Origin: Thermoleophilia bacterium
Lineage (GTDB): Bacteria > Actinomycetota > Thermoleophilia > RBG-16-64-13
Assembly: GCA_040770645.1 (NCBI GenBank)
Contig: JAXGIS010000002.1
Span: 84,962-148,961, forward strand
Length of the DNA stretch: 64,000 nt
Reading direction: 5' to 3'
Part shown: positions 23,816 through 33,407 of the stretch, in pieces
How positions within the stretch are numbered: position 1 is the stretch's first letter
Layout: the number at the start of each line of letters is the position of its first letter
Program-made: the position numbers and the translations under genes
The notes under the pieces: model-generated
Told to the model about the DNA's origin: nothing
What the model saw: the letters and a program-made list of their open reading frames with translations, nothing else
Database searches by the model: none

Positions 23816-25277
23816 ACTCCTCCTGCACGGGGAAGTCCTCAAGCCGGCGGTCCACGGCCGCCCGCACGAATGAATCCACCCACCAGAAGATGTGGTTCCT
23901 GCGCAAGTTGCGCCGGATCCGACGCATGCGTTCCCGCCGTTCGTCGTCAGGCATCACCCAGGCCTGATACAGCGCAGCCGACGTCTGCTCCACATCATAG
24001 GGGTTGACCACAAGCGCATGCCGTCCCAACTGCGCCGAGGCTCCCGCGAACTGGCTCAGCACCAACACTCCCTTACCATCGGCGTTGCAGGCGCAGTATT
24101 CCTTGGCCACCAGATTCATACCGTCTTTCAGGGGTGTGATCACCGCCATCTCCGAGGCGCGATAGTAGGCGATGAGCTCCTCCAAGGGCAGATTCCGATA
24201 CATATAATGGATAGGCACCCATCCCCGGCGCGTGAACTCACCGTTGATGGCGCCCACCAGCCGTTCGATCTCCGTGTGCAGTTCCTCGTAGCCCTCAATC
24301 TGGGCCCGGCTCGGAACCACCACCTGCACCAGGTTCACGCGGCCGTGTGTCTCCGGATGTGATCGCAGGAGATGACGAAACGCGTGCAGCCGCTCCGGTA
24401 TGCCTTTGGTGTAATCCAGCCGGTCCACGCCGAGCATGAGCGCCCGACCGGGCAGGGCCTCTTTGATCTCGGCGGCCAGCGCCCGCACCCGAGGATCCAT
24501 GCTCAGACGATGAAATGCGTTGTAATCGATGCTGATGGGGAAGGCAGCCACCTGCACCTCCCTCTCTTCCAACCAGATGCGATGCAACGAGCCGGCAACC
24601 CGCACCCGTGCGTTCTTGGTAAGCATGCGCACGCACTGCACGAAGTTGCGGCGGTCGCGCTGGGTCTGCAGGCCAATGAGGTCGTACTGGAGCAGGCCGG
24701 TAAGCAACGCCTGTCGCTCCGGCAGCTTCATGAAGATATCCGGGGGTGGAAACGGGATGTGCAGGAAGAACCCCAATCGGCCGCTGACGCCCTCTTTTCG
24801 CAGGTGGTCGGCCACCATCATCAGTTGGTAGTCGTGTACCCACACGAAGTCCGAAGCCCGCATGCGGCTCTTGATTTCCTGCGCGAAACGACGGTTAACC
24901 TCTATGTACGCCTGCCAGTACGCGGGCTCGAATACGCAACGCGACTGCAGATCATGGAAAAGCGGCCACAGCGTTTGGTTGGAGTAGCCCAAGTAGTAGT
25001 CTCGGTACAGATTGTCGTCGATGGTCACGGGACGGAACGTGCACCCCAGTTCCCTGCCCACCTGAGCCATGAGCTCCGGCAAACGCGGCACGGATTCAGA
25101 GGTACCCGGCCACCCGATCCACAGACCTCCCCGGTTGCGCAATACGGGCAGCAGGGCGGTAACCAACCCGCCACTACCCGGCTCGATGGACCAGGTGCCT
25201 TCGCCGTCACGCGACAGCACGAAGGGCAGTCGATTGGAGGCTACAATGAATCGCCTCTCACTTCGTTGTCCGGTCAT
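23793..25277 (-). CDS. otsA: trehalose-6-phosphate synthase (GT20)
   Basis: FIVASNRLPF...GSGGLVTALLPVL...LWIGWPG...VWVHDYQLMMV. Confidence 0.93.
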   Translation of the reverse strand: MTGQRSERRFIVASNRLPFVLSRDGEGTWSIEPGSGGLVTALLPVLRNRGGLWIGWPGTSESVPRLPELMAQVGRELGCTFRPVTIDDNLYRDYYLGYSNQTLWPLFHDLQSRCVFEPAYWQAYIEVNRRFAQEIKSRMRASDFVWVHDYQLMMVADHLRKEGVSGRLGFFLHIPFPPPDIFMKLPERQALLTGLLQYDLIGLQTQRDRRNFVQCVRMLTKNARVRVAGSLHRIWLEEREVQVAAFPISIDYNAFHRLSMDPRVRALAAEIKEALPGRALMLGVDRLDYTKGIPERLHAFRHLLRSHPETHGRVNLVQVVVPSRAQIEGYEELHTEIERLVGAINGEFTRRGWVPIHYMYRNLPLEELIAYYRASEMAVITPLKDGMNLVAKEYCACNADGKGVLVLSQFAGASAQLGRHALVVNPYDVEQTSAALYQAWVMPDDERRERMRRIRRNLRRNHIFWWVDSFVRAAVDRRLEDFPVQEEFIPEMVE

Positions 25278-25292
25278 TGCGACCTCCTCGTT

Positions 25293-26060
25293 TCAATACG
25301 TGCTCCCAGACCAGCGTTCCAGGAACCCGATGAGTTCGTCAGGAGGACGCAGCCAGATGTGCGCTGCCGTGGGGCGGTATGTGGGCCGCACCAGCACCGA
25401 CAACCCGCGGTCGCCCAGCGCCCGAAACGCGTCCTCGTCGGTATTGTCATCTCCCAGGTAGGCACAGGGCGTGCCGCCGGGGCGCTGCCCTAAGGCCTCG
25501 TCCACCACGTCTCCCTTGCTGCGGCCCAGGTACCTCAGCTCGATTCCCCCGTCGAAGGGCCGCAGTTCCAAGGCACCACGAGCACGCGGTTCCAGTACCG
25601 CCTCCTTCAGCATGGTGGCCGCCTTCTCCACACGGGCGCGCTCCTGATCATTCGCGCCTCTCCAGTGGAGGGCCAGTCCGCTCGCCTTGACCTCCACTCG
25701 ACCCTCACCCACCGCAGAGTGCAGCCACGCAGCGCAATCCATCACCACTTCTTGAGCACCCACAGGAGCCGCGTGGTCAAGGATCGCTCCGCCGGTCATG
25801 TGCTCCCACCCGTGCGCGCCCCAGATCTCCGGAACCGGCTCGATCCCCAACAGGGTCGCCACCTCCTTCGCCGACCGGCCGCTCACCACCACCACGTCTG
25901 TAGTCCCACTTCTCAGGATGCGGCCCAGAACCCTCCGGACCCCCGGGTAGGGATACGCTTGGTTGCGGTCTGTCACAAACGGGGCCAGCGTTCCATCGTA
26001 ATCGGTCAGCAACAACGACCGTGGCCCGTGCCTCAGTCTCTGAAAGAAAGCCTCTACCAC
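25293..26060 (-). CDS. otsB: trehalose-6-phosphate phosphatase
   Basis: The HAD motif LLLTDYDGTLAP and a C-terminal YLGDDNTDEDAF. The likely start is GTG 26060, overlapping the treT stop. Confidence 0.85.
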   Translation of the reverse strand: MVEAFFQRLRHGPRSLLLTDYDGTLAPFVTDRNQAYPYPGVRRVLGRILRSGTTDVVVVSGRSAKEVATLLGIEPVPEIWGAHGWEHMTGGAILDHAAPVGAQEVVMDCAAWLHSAVGEGRVEVKASGLALHWRGANDQERARVEKAATMLKEAVLEPRARGALELRPFDGGIELRYLGRSKGDVVDEALGQRPGGTPCAYLGDDNTDEDAFRALGDRGLSVLVRPTYRPTAAHIWLRPPDELIGFLERWSGSTY

Positions 26061-27338
26061 AGTTCTATCCGCCCATCGGCCCCCACTCCGGCCAGCGCCA
26101 CCATCAGCGTGAGGTAGTCGCGCAAATGCCGCGTGATCAGGAAGTTCTCCCGGACGAGCTCCCGGGCCCGTTCGCCCATTTCCAGACGTTCCCGCTCTTG
26201 CAACAGCAGGTAGCGAATGCGCAGAGCAGCCCCCTCCGGCGTGTCCACCAGAAAGCCCGTCTGGTGATTGACCACCTGCAACCGTATGCCACCGGTATTG
26301 CCACCGATGACCGGTTTGCCTTTCCACATGCCCTCCGTTACCGTCAGCCCGAAGCCCTCGCGCAGCGACTTCTGCAAGACGATGTCCGACCCACGCTGCA
26401 GCGCATTTATGGTGCGCCCACTGTCGGCCGGCAGCAGGAGTACGTGCACATCGGGGTCATCCGCCGCCGCTTCCCGCACCTCGGTGAGCACCGACTCCCC
26501 TTCCGGATCGTCTGTGGCTTCCCCCCCGGCCAACACCAGTTGGAGATCCGGGACGAAGCTGACGGCCAGACGGTAGGCCTGGATGACCCCCACCGGGTCT
26601 TTGAATCTATCGAACCGGGAAACCTGCAGGATCACGGGGCGGGCGACATCGATGCCGAAACGCTCGAGTGTGGCCGCGATCTCTTCCTGCCCCAACTCGA
26701 TGTTCTTCTCACTGAGCGCGTCAATACTGGGCGGAATTATGTAAACCGGATGGGGAAGCGGTTGCCCGAACTGGGGAAGCGAAAAGATGCTGGCGTCGTA
26801 CTGAGCCACGAAAGGCCGCAGGTAGCTCCACACGGGCCGGAAGGGACGGCTCAGATCAATATGGCAGCGCCACACCCATCGACCACGCTGCTCACCCACC
26901 AAACTGATCAAGGGCGCGGGCTGGGGATCGTGAATGAATACATAATCCGCATCGCGCAGCGTCTCGCCGAGACGTTCGGCATTGTCTCGATTCACGTCCT
27001 CGAACAGGCGCGTCCGCGCGTCGGGAATACTGACTGGATGCCCTTGCAGTGCGTTGTGCATGCTCTTGGTGACGTGGAAGAAGTCGGAGGTCCCGTCGAT
27101 GACCTCCCATGAGGCCTCCAGCCCCAGTTCGGCCATGCAGGGCACGAGTTTCTCCAGGATCTCAGCCACCCCCCCCCAGTCGGGTCGAGTTCACGTGCAC
27201 CACCTTCGCGCCCTGCGAGGTGGAGCGGCGAGTTGCCGTAACTGATCCAGTACGTGCGGGCCCACCACCGCTTCGTACCGAGGTAGGAGCGGAGCCTGCT
27301 CCGCTTCCTGCCGGCCTGTGACCGGCCACCGCGCTCAT
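26054..27338 (-). pseudogene. treT: trehalose synthase TreT-type GT4 glycosyltransferase, 5' region frameshifted
   Basis: The body is intact in ORF 26054..27169 (VAEILEKLVPCMAELG...FHVTKSMHNALQG...). The N-terminus is spread over frames: LLPRYEAVVGPHVLDQLRQLAAP, then GAKVVHVNSTRLGGG. One shift is at the 9-C run 27169..27177. Start ATG 27338 overlaps the upstream stop (ATGA). Confidence 0.85.
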
Positions 27339-27991
27339 GACGGTTCCTCAAGCGAGAAGGCTTCAGCAAACACGGCGGCCAAGCGTTGGCGCAGAGAGGG
27401 CAGCCCATCGAAGTACGGGTCAACGCCGGCCAACCGCGAGTACAGCGCCTCGTACTGCGGGCCGGCATCAAGCAGCCACGCCCGGAAGTCGTCGAGGCCG
27501 AGCGGCGTGCGGCGCCGGGCGTCGATGAAGTGGTAGAAGATGCTGCCGGTGGTCATGGCGGCCACGGCAGGCGCCAGTTGATCGGGAGACGATAGACGCA
27601 CGCCCGTGTCGAACACCACGATAATGGAGCGGAGGAAATGGAACTGCTCACCCAGACCGTAGACTTGCTCGCTCTCATCTAGGCGCTCGTCAATGACATC
27701 CAGTACTTCGGCGCCGAGATCTTCGAGGTCGACGAACTCCGTGGGGTCAATCACCGCCATTCGTTCGGCGAGACGCTGGTCGTGGAGGAGCCCGATACGC
27801 CCACGCCGCGAAGTCGTTGTTGTACTCGCGCTCAAAGATTTGGGATGCAGCAGCGCACCCAGAAGTGGTGATAGATGGATTCCGCCGGAACCTGACGAAT
27901 CCCGTCGCGCAGTTCGCGCAGGGTTTTGAACACGATGCCCCACGGCAAGCGTGGCTGGCGCGCAGTCCTTGACTGCGAACTCGGTGGCCAT
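27335..27991 (-). pseudogene. DUF5752-like protein (TreT-associated), four frameshifts in the N-terminal half
   Basis: MATEFAVKDCA..., FKTLRELRDGIRQVPAESIYHHFW, GALLHPK, FEREYNNDFAAWAYRA and LHDQRLAERMAVIDPTEF... alternate between three frames over 27790..27960. Each junction is restorable by +/-1 in a G- or A-run. Confidence 0.65.
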
Positions 27992-28105
27992 GCGACACAC
28001 CTCCTGATTGGCCTCGTGTAGAGGCTCCCGATTCTGGCCGCCACCTCGTCCTTATGGCTTGTTTATACCACGCTTCCACCTACCCGCCCACTCCGGGCAC
28101 TTCGC

Positions 28106-28486
28106 TCAGCGCATGCGCAGCTTCTGCTCAAACGCGTCCAGCACGATCACCGCGCGCTCGTGGGTACCGCGCCCCACCACGCCTGCCTGGTCTTCCGCCG
28201 ACACCTCGAATACCAGGCGACGGCCCTCTACTTCCACCAGTAGCCGAGGCGCGCACGGTCATGCCGATGCGTGTGGGCGCGAGATGTGAGATGTTGAGGT
28301 GAGTTCCCACCGTGGCTTGGCCGGGCGGCAAATGGTCGGCGATGGCGGCCAGAGCCGCCTTCTCCATGAGGGCCGCCATGGCCAGGTGGACAGGCTACGT
28401 ACCGGGCCGGTGCCCTGGGCGATGGCCGTGATGGCTTCCACCACCACGGTGCTCACCGAGCCGTGGAGTCCGCGTTCAAGTGACAT
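28106..28486 (-). pseudogene. hotdog-fold thioesterase (fluoroacetyl-CoA thioesterase-like), frameshifted
   Basis: MSLERGLHGSVSTVVVEAITA...; ALMEKAALAAIADHLPPGQATVGTHLNISHLAPTRIGMTV; and LVEVEGRRLVFEVSAEDQAGVVGRGTHERAVIVLDAFEQKL* lie in three frames. Confidence 0.75.
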
Positions 28487-28553
28487 GGGCTTCCTTGTCG
28501 TTGAGGGTGTAGTCGAAGGTGCAGTCGCGGGTGTGTACCTGCCTATATTGCGA

Positions 28554-29850
28554 CTACTTGCGCCGATTGTCGACCACTCGCGGCAACCCTTCTTCTGCAT
28601 CCTTCATGCCGGAAGGTTCCACAAAGCGAACATCCACCCGTACGCCGAGTTCATCTGACAAACGCCCTTCCAAGTTGCGGCGCCTCTCCGCAGGTCACGT
28701 ACGTCATCGGTGAAAAAGACCGGGTCCATGCCCACCGAGTACTTCCATGTGATCCAGCCCCTTGCGACTCTCCAGGATAATCTGGAACCGGGGGGCGCCT
28801 CCTTCCACTGCGGTAACACCGCCTCCACCCCGTGCCGGCGAAACGTTGACCTCGCACTTTGAGCATGTCGTCGCACCGGCGCTGCACGCGCGTATGCCTG
28901 GCCAGTGTCCGTCCGCAGGCACACCGCTGCGTGGTCAGCGCCGCCGGGTCTCCCGTGCGGTAGCACCACCGGCACCGCCTCTTTGCTCAGAGAGGTGAAG
29001 ACCAGCTCCCCCCTCCGCTCCCTCAGGTACAAGATGACCGGAGACAGGATCCACCACCTCTACCAGAAAGTGGTCCTCGCTCACATGCAACCCATCACGG
29101 GCCGGGCATTCGAAAGAGAGACCGGGGCCATCACCTCAGACACGCCGTAGGTATCGCGGGCCTCAACTCCCAAGCGACGCTCGATCTCGAAGCGGACGTC
29201 CTCACTCCAACGCTCCCCACCCATCGGAAGAGCAATACGCAGATCCAGTTCGGACAGGTCTGCGCCGGTCTCGCGGGCCACCTCGGCCAAGCGGAGGGCG
29301 TAGAAGGGGGAGCCCACCAGCACCGTGGTGTGGTAGTCGCGCATCACGCGGAGCTGACGGCGGCTGGCGCCGGTGGAGGCGGGGATGACGGTGGCGCCCA
29401 GGCGCTCCAAACCGGCCTGCCAGGGCCCCCGTGGGCAGACCATAACCGAACGTGATCTGGGCCACGTCGTGGGAGCGGGCGCCGCCGGCTGTGCCGGCGC
29501 GCGCCGCCAGTTCGGCAGGTGTTGAGATCTCCGCGGGTGAAGCCCACCACCGTGGGGCTGCTGGGCTACCCGTTGAGGTGTGGATGCGAATCACCCTCTC
29601 AAGGGGACAGCGAACAGACCGTAGGGGTAGGCTTCCTCAGAAATCACTCTTGGTGGTGAAGGGCAACCGCTGTACATCTTCCAGCGTTTTGATGTCCTGA
29701 GGATGAAGGCCGTGCTTCTGCCACAGGGAACGATAGAAAGGAACACTGGAATTACGCCCAACGCAGCGTCATGTGTAGGCGTTTCAGCTGCAACGCGCCC
29801 AGCTCGGCACGCGACATCGTCTCGTATTCCGGGTTCCAAATTTCGTTCAT
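28554..29850 (-). pseudogene. paaK: phenylacetate-CoA ligase family (PaaK-like), heavily frameshifted
   Basis: Ordered fragments in alternating frames: MNEIWNPEYETMSRAELGALQLKRL; NSSVPFYRSLWQKHGLHPQDIKTLEDVQRLPFTTKSD; EAYPYGLFAVPL; RVIRIHTS; VVGFTRGDLNT; ELAARA..SHDVAQITFGYGL; LERLGATVIPASTGASRRQLRVMRDYHTTVLVGSPFYALRLAE...; GELVFTSLSKEAVPVV; DDMLKVRG; ...GLPRVVDNRRK*. I count at least 8 shifts. Confidence 0.85.
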
Positions 29851-30676
29851 CAGCCAATCCCCTTCCCGGCCGGCCCGCCTTTGGCGTTGCCGCTCCCATC
29901 CACATCGGTGCGCCCTCCACCTCGGCCAAAGTAGATGGATTGAATATCGGCGGCCAGCAGCGCAGCCGCCGCGTCTTCCATCACCACGCGCCCGCGCTCC
30001 ATGACCACACCGCGGTGCGCCAAGAGACAGCGCAATGCGCGCGTCCTGCTCCACCAGCAGCAGCGTTAGCCCCGCTCGTTCAACTCCGCAGTGTGCGGAA
30101 GATCTCCCCTCACCACCAACGGCGCCAACCCCATGGACGGCTCGTCCAGCAAGAGCACCAGGGCTCGGCCATGAGCGCCCTGCCCACGGCCAGCATCTGC
30201 TGTTCCCCGCCCGAGAGGGTGGCCGCATGTTGGGCGCGGCGCTCCTCCAGCCGCGGGAACAGCTCGAACACCTCGCGCATCTTGTCGGCAACCGGGCGCC
30301 CGCGGCGCCCGCCTTGAGTAACCACCCAGTTCCAGGTTCTCTTCCACCGTCAGTGGTCCGAACAACTTTGTCGCCCCTCAGGTACCTGCACCACCCCTCG
30401 GCCCACCACCCGCTCCACACTCAACCCGGTGAGGGTGTCTCCCCCCAGTTCCACGGTTCCACTCCACGGCTTGACCACACCGGAGATCACCTTGAGCAAT
30501 GTGCTCTTGCCGGACCCGTTCACACCGATGATGGTGACGATCTCACCCGCGGCCAACTCGAGGTTGACATCGCGCAACACCTCCACGGCTCCGTATCCGG
30601 CGCGCACCCCTCGCAGCCGCAACATGGGCTCCCCAGCCACGCTTCCCGCTGTCGCCGCTTCGGCCGCAGGCGTCAT
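29850..30676 (-). pseudogene. livF: branched-chain amino acid ABC transporter ATP-binding protein LivF, frameshifted
   Basis: Walker [61 protein letters not shown] and HRGVVMERGRVVMEDAAAALLAD lie in different frames (at least 5 shifts). ATG 30676 overlaps the livG stop. The stop overlaps the paaK ATG (TGATG). Confidence 0.85.
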
Positions 30677-31437
30677 TCCAAGTCCTCGCCCAGGTAGGCG
30701 CGGATGACTTCCGGATCCTCTTGGATCATGAGCGGCGGCCCGTCCGCGATCTTGCGCCCGTAGTCCAAGACCACCACCTGATCCGAGATGTCCATGACGA
30801 AAGTCATATCGTGCTCCACCAGAAGGATGGTCACGCCCTCGTCCCTGATGCGGCGCACGTAGTGGGCCAATCCCTCGGTCTCCTCATCGTTGAGACCGGC
30901 CGCGGGTTCGTCCAGCAACAGCATGATCGGCTCCGTGGCCAGCGCTCGGGCGATCTCGAGCAGGTGCCGCTCGCCCAGCGGCAGTGAACCGGCCTCATCC
31001 GCCGCCCGTTCCGCCAGACCCACCCGTGACAGGGCGTGCAGCGCATGTTCCCGGGCCTCACGCTCCTCGCGGCCGTGACGTGGCAGCCGCAGAAAGGCCG
31101 CCGCCAGCCCGGCGCGGGTTCGACAGTGTCTCCCTACCACCACGTTCTCCAGCACGGTCAAATCGTCGAAGAGGCGGCTGTGCTGGAAAGTGCGCGCCAG
31201 CCCCGCGCGGCACATGGCGTGCGCCGGGCGGCCGGTTACCTCAGAACCGCGGAAGAACACCCGACCCGAGGTGGGTCGATCGGCGCCGGCCACACAGTTG
31301 AACAACGTGGTCTTGCCCGCACCGTTGGGACCGATGAGCGCCATGATCTGACCCTCGTGCAGGGCCAAGCTCACGTCGCGCAGCGCTTCCAGTCCTCCGA
31401 ACCGTTTGGACACGGCTTCCAGACGCAGGATGGACAT
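30673..31437 (-). CDS. livG: branched-chain amino acid ABC transporter ATP-binding protein LivG
   Basis: GPNGAGKTTLFN, LPLGERHLLEIARALA, LLLDEPAAGL. Confidence 0.92.
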   Translation of the reverse strand: MSILRLEAVSKRFGGLEALRDVSLALHEGQIMALIGPNGAGKTTLFNCVAGADRPTSGRVFFRGSEVTGRPAHAMCRAGLARTFQHSRLFDDLTVLENVVVGRHCRTRAGLAAAFLRLPRHGREEREAREHALHALSRVGLAERAADEAGSLPLGERHLLEIARALATEPIMLLLDEPAAGLNDEETEGLAHYVRRIRDEGVTILLVEHDMTFVMDISDQVVVLDYGRKIADGPPLMIQEDPEVIRAYLGEDLE

Positions 31438-31440
31438 GGC

Positions 31441-32418
31441 CTACGCCCTCTCTCCCCGCCGCAGAAGCCCGCGCACGTCTCTCGCCACCCGTGCCAGCGG
31501 GCCGCTCTTCACCGGCAGGAGCACCACGATCAAGATAAGCAACACGCCGAATACCAGATTGACGGCATCCTCATCGATACGCTTGATGATCTCGGGCAGG
31601 ATGACGGTGGCGAGTGTCCCCCACAATGCGCCCCATACGCTGCGGAAGCCCCCGATCACCACCGAACAGACCAGGATGACCGAGAAGGTGATGGTATACG
31701 CTTCCGGGCTGATGAACTGCACGTAGTGGGCATCGAAGCTGCCGGCCAGGCTGGCGAAAACCGCGGAGATCATGAACACCTGCAGCTTGCGCCACGAGGT
31801 GTTCACGCCCAGAGACTCAGCCGCCAGTTCCGAGCGGCGCAATGCCTTGAGCGACCTCCCCACCCTCGACTCCGACAGGTTGAGCGCCAGCCGGAAGACA
31901 ACCAGGGCTACCACCCAGACCAGCACATGGTAGAGACGAGGGTTGCTGAAGTTGAGGGGGCCCAGGGTCAGCGGGGGGATGCCGGTGATGCCGTCCGTGC
32001 CCCGCGTCAGCCCCTTGAGTTGCACCAACAAGATGAAGACGATCTCGCCGAAACCGAGCGTAGCCATGGCCAGATAGTGGCCCTTGAGCTTGAGGGTGGG
32101 AACACCGATGATCCCTGCCACGCCCGCTGCCAGCACTGCGGCCATGGCCATGGCCAGCCAGGGATTCACGTGGAGACGCGTGACCAAGAGTGCAGACCCA
32201 TAAGCGCCGATAGCCACGAAGGCCGCGTGCCCCAGGGAGATCTGCCCGGCCTGGCCCAGCAGCAGGCCGAGCCCCACCACCACCATGAAGCGTGTGGCCA
32301 TGAAAGCCAGGATGCTGAGAAGGTAGACGTCGGCCAGGAAGGAGGGCAGTGCCAGCGCCAACACGGCCAGAAGCATGAATCCCCAGTTGCGCCGCCAGAA
32401 GTCCCGAGGATCGCTCAT
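31441..32418 (-). CDS. livM: branched-chain amino acid ABC transporter permease LivM
   Basis: A polytopic 325-aa protein with LGQAGQISLGHAAF, typical of LivM. Confidence 0.9.
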   Translation of the reverse strand: MSDPRDFWRRNWGFMLLAVLALALPSFLADVYLLSILAFMATRFMVVVGLGLLLGQAGQISLGHAAFVAIGAYGSALLVTRLHVNPWLAMAMAAVLAAGVAGIIGVPTLKLKGHYLAMATLGFGEIVFILLVQLKGLTRGTDGITGIPPLTLGPLNFSNPRLYHVLVWVVALVVFRLALNLSESRVGRSLKALRRSELAAESLGVNTSWRKLQVFMISAVFASLAGSFDAHYVQFISPEAYTITFSVILVCSVVIGGFRSVWGALWGTLATVILPEIIKRIDEDAVNLVFGVLLILIVVLLPVKSGPLARVARDVRGLLRRGERA

Positions 32419-33293
32419 TCGCGCTCCACCACCCGCCCACCGAAGGCACCCTGCGGCCGCACAAACAGCACCAGCAGCAGGATGACGAAGGCGATGGCGT
32501 CTTTGTAGCCCGATGAGACCAGGCCCACAGCCAGCCCTTCAAGAATGCCCAGTGCCAATCCTCCGAAGACGGCGGCCAACGGGTTGCCCAAGCCACCGAG
32601 GGTGGCCGCCGCGAAACCTTTGAGCCCTAGAAGAGCGCCGGACGAGTAACTCATGAAGCTGATGGGCGCGATCATGGCCCCACCGGCCGCGGAGATAACA
32701 CCGCTGACCGCAAAACTGAGTAACACCACGCTGGCGTAACTGACCCCCATCAGCCGGGCCGCCAGCGGGTTCACTGCGCAGGCGCGCACGGCTTTGCCGG
32801 TGAGCGTGCGCTTGTAGAAGAACTGCAACGTCAGCACGATGAAGATCATGGTGCCCACTACCCACAGCGTCTGCGGGGTGAGGCTGGCCCCCAGAATGCG
32901 GATAGGATCGTCGCCGGAGAAGGGCGGCAACGGGAGCGCTTCCCGCCCCCAGATCATCATGGCCGCCGTGCGCAAAGCCAGCGACGCGCCCACGGTGGCT
33001 ATCACCTGTGCCAGCACTCCTTTGGCCATGAGCGGCCTGATGGCCAACTGCTCGAACAAGACGGCCACGATGAGGACGATGATCAGCGCCCCCACAAAGG
33101 CCGCGGGCAGGGGGAGACCCGACCTGTAGAGGCCGATGGCGCTGAGCCCGCCCAGCATCACCAACTCCCCCTGGGCGAAGTTGATGATGCCGGTGGCGTT
33201 GTAGACCAGCGTGAACCCCAGCGCCGTGAGTGCATAAATGCTGCCGCTGGTGATCCCACTGAAGATGTATGGGAAGAACTGCTGAGAGGTCAC
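32415..33293 (-). CDS. livH: branched-chain amino acid ABC transporter permease LivH
   Basis: GLTLVYNATGIINFAQGELVMLG is the LivH signature. It overlaps livM by 4 nt. Confidence 0.9.
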   Translation of the reverse strand: MTSQQFFPYIFSGITSGSIYALTALGFTLVYNATGIINFAQGELVMLGGLSAIGLYRSGLPLPAAFVGALIIVLIVAVLFEQLAIRPLMAKGVLAQVIATVGASLALRTAAMMIWGREALPLPPFSGDDPIRILGASLTPQTLWVVGTMIFIVLTLQFFYKRTLTGKAVRACAVNPLAARLMGVSYASVVLLSFAVSGVISAAGGAMIAPISFMSYSSGALLGLKGFAAATLGGLGNPLAAVFGGLALGILEGLAVGLVSSGYKDAIAFVILLLVLFVRPQGAFGGRVVERE

Positions 33294-33407
33294 GAGGTGG
33301 GACGCCTTCCTCGATGCGGCCCGCCGGCCGAGCCGCGAAGCGACCGCGGCCGGCGGGCGGGGAGGCGGCGGGCGGCCCCCGGCCGCCCGCCGCCTCCTGC
33401 CATGCCT

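Noticed and set aside
25293-26327. The full 344-aa otsB ORF, including a Gly/Arg-rich 88-aa N-terminus.
   Set aside because: The extension overlaps the 3' end of treT out of frame. The HAD domain begins just after GTG 26060.
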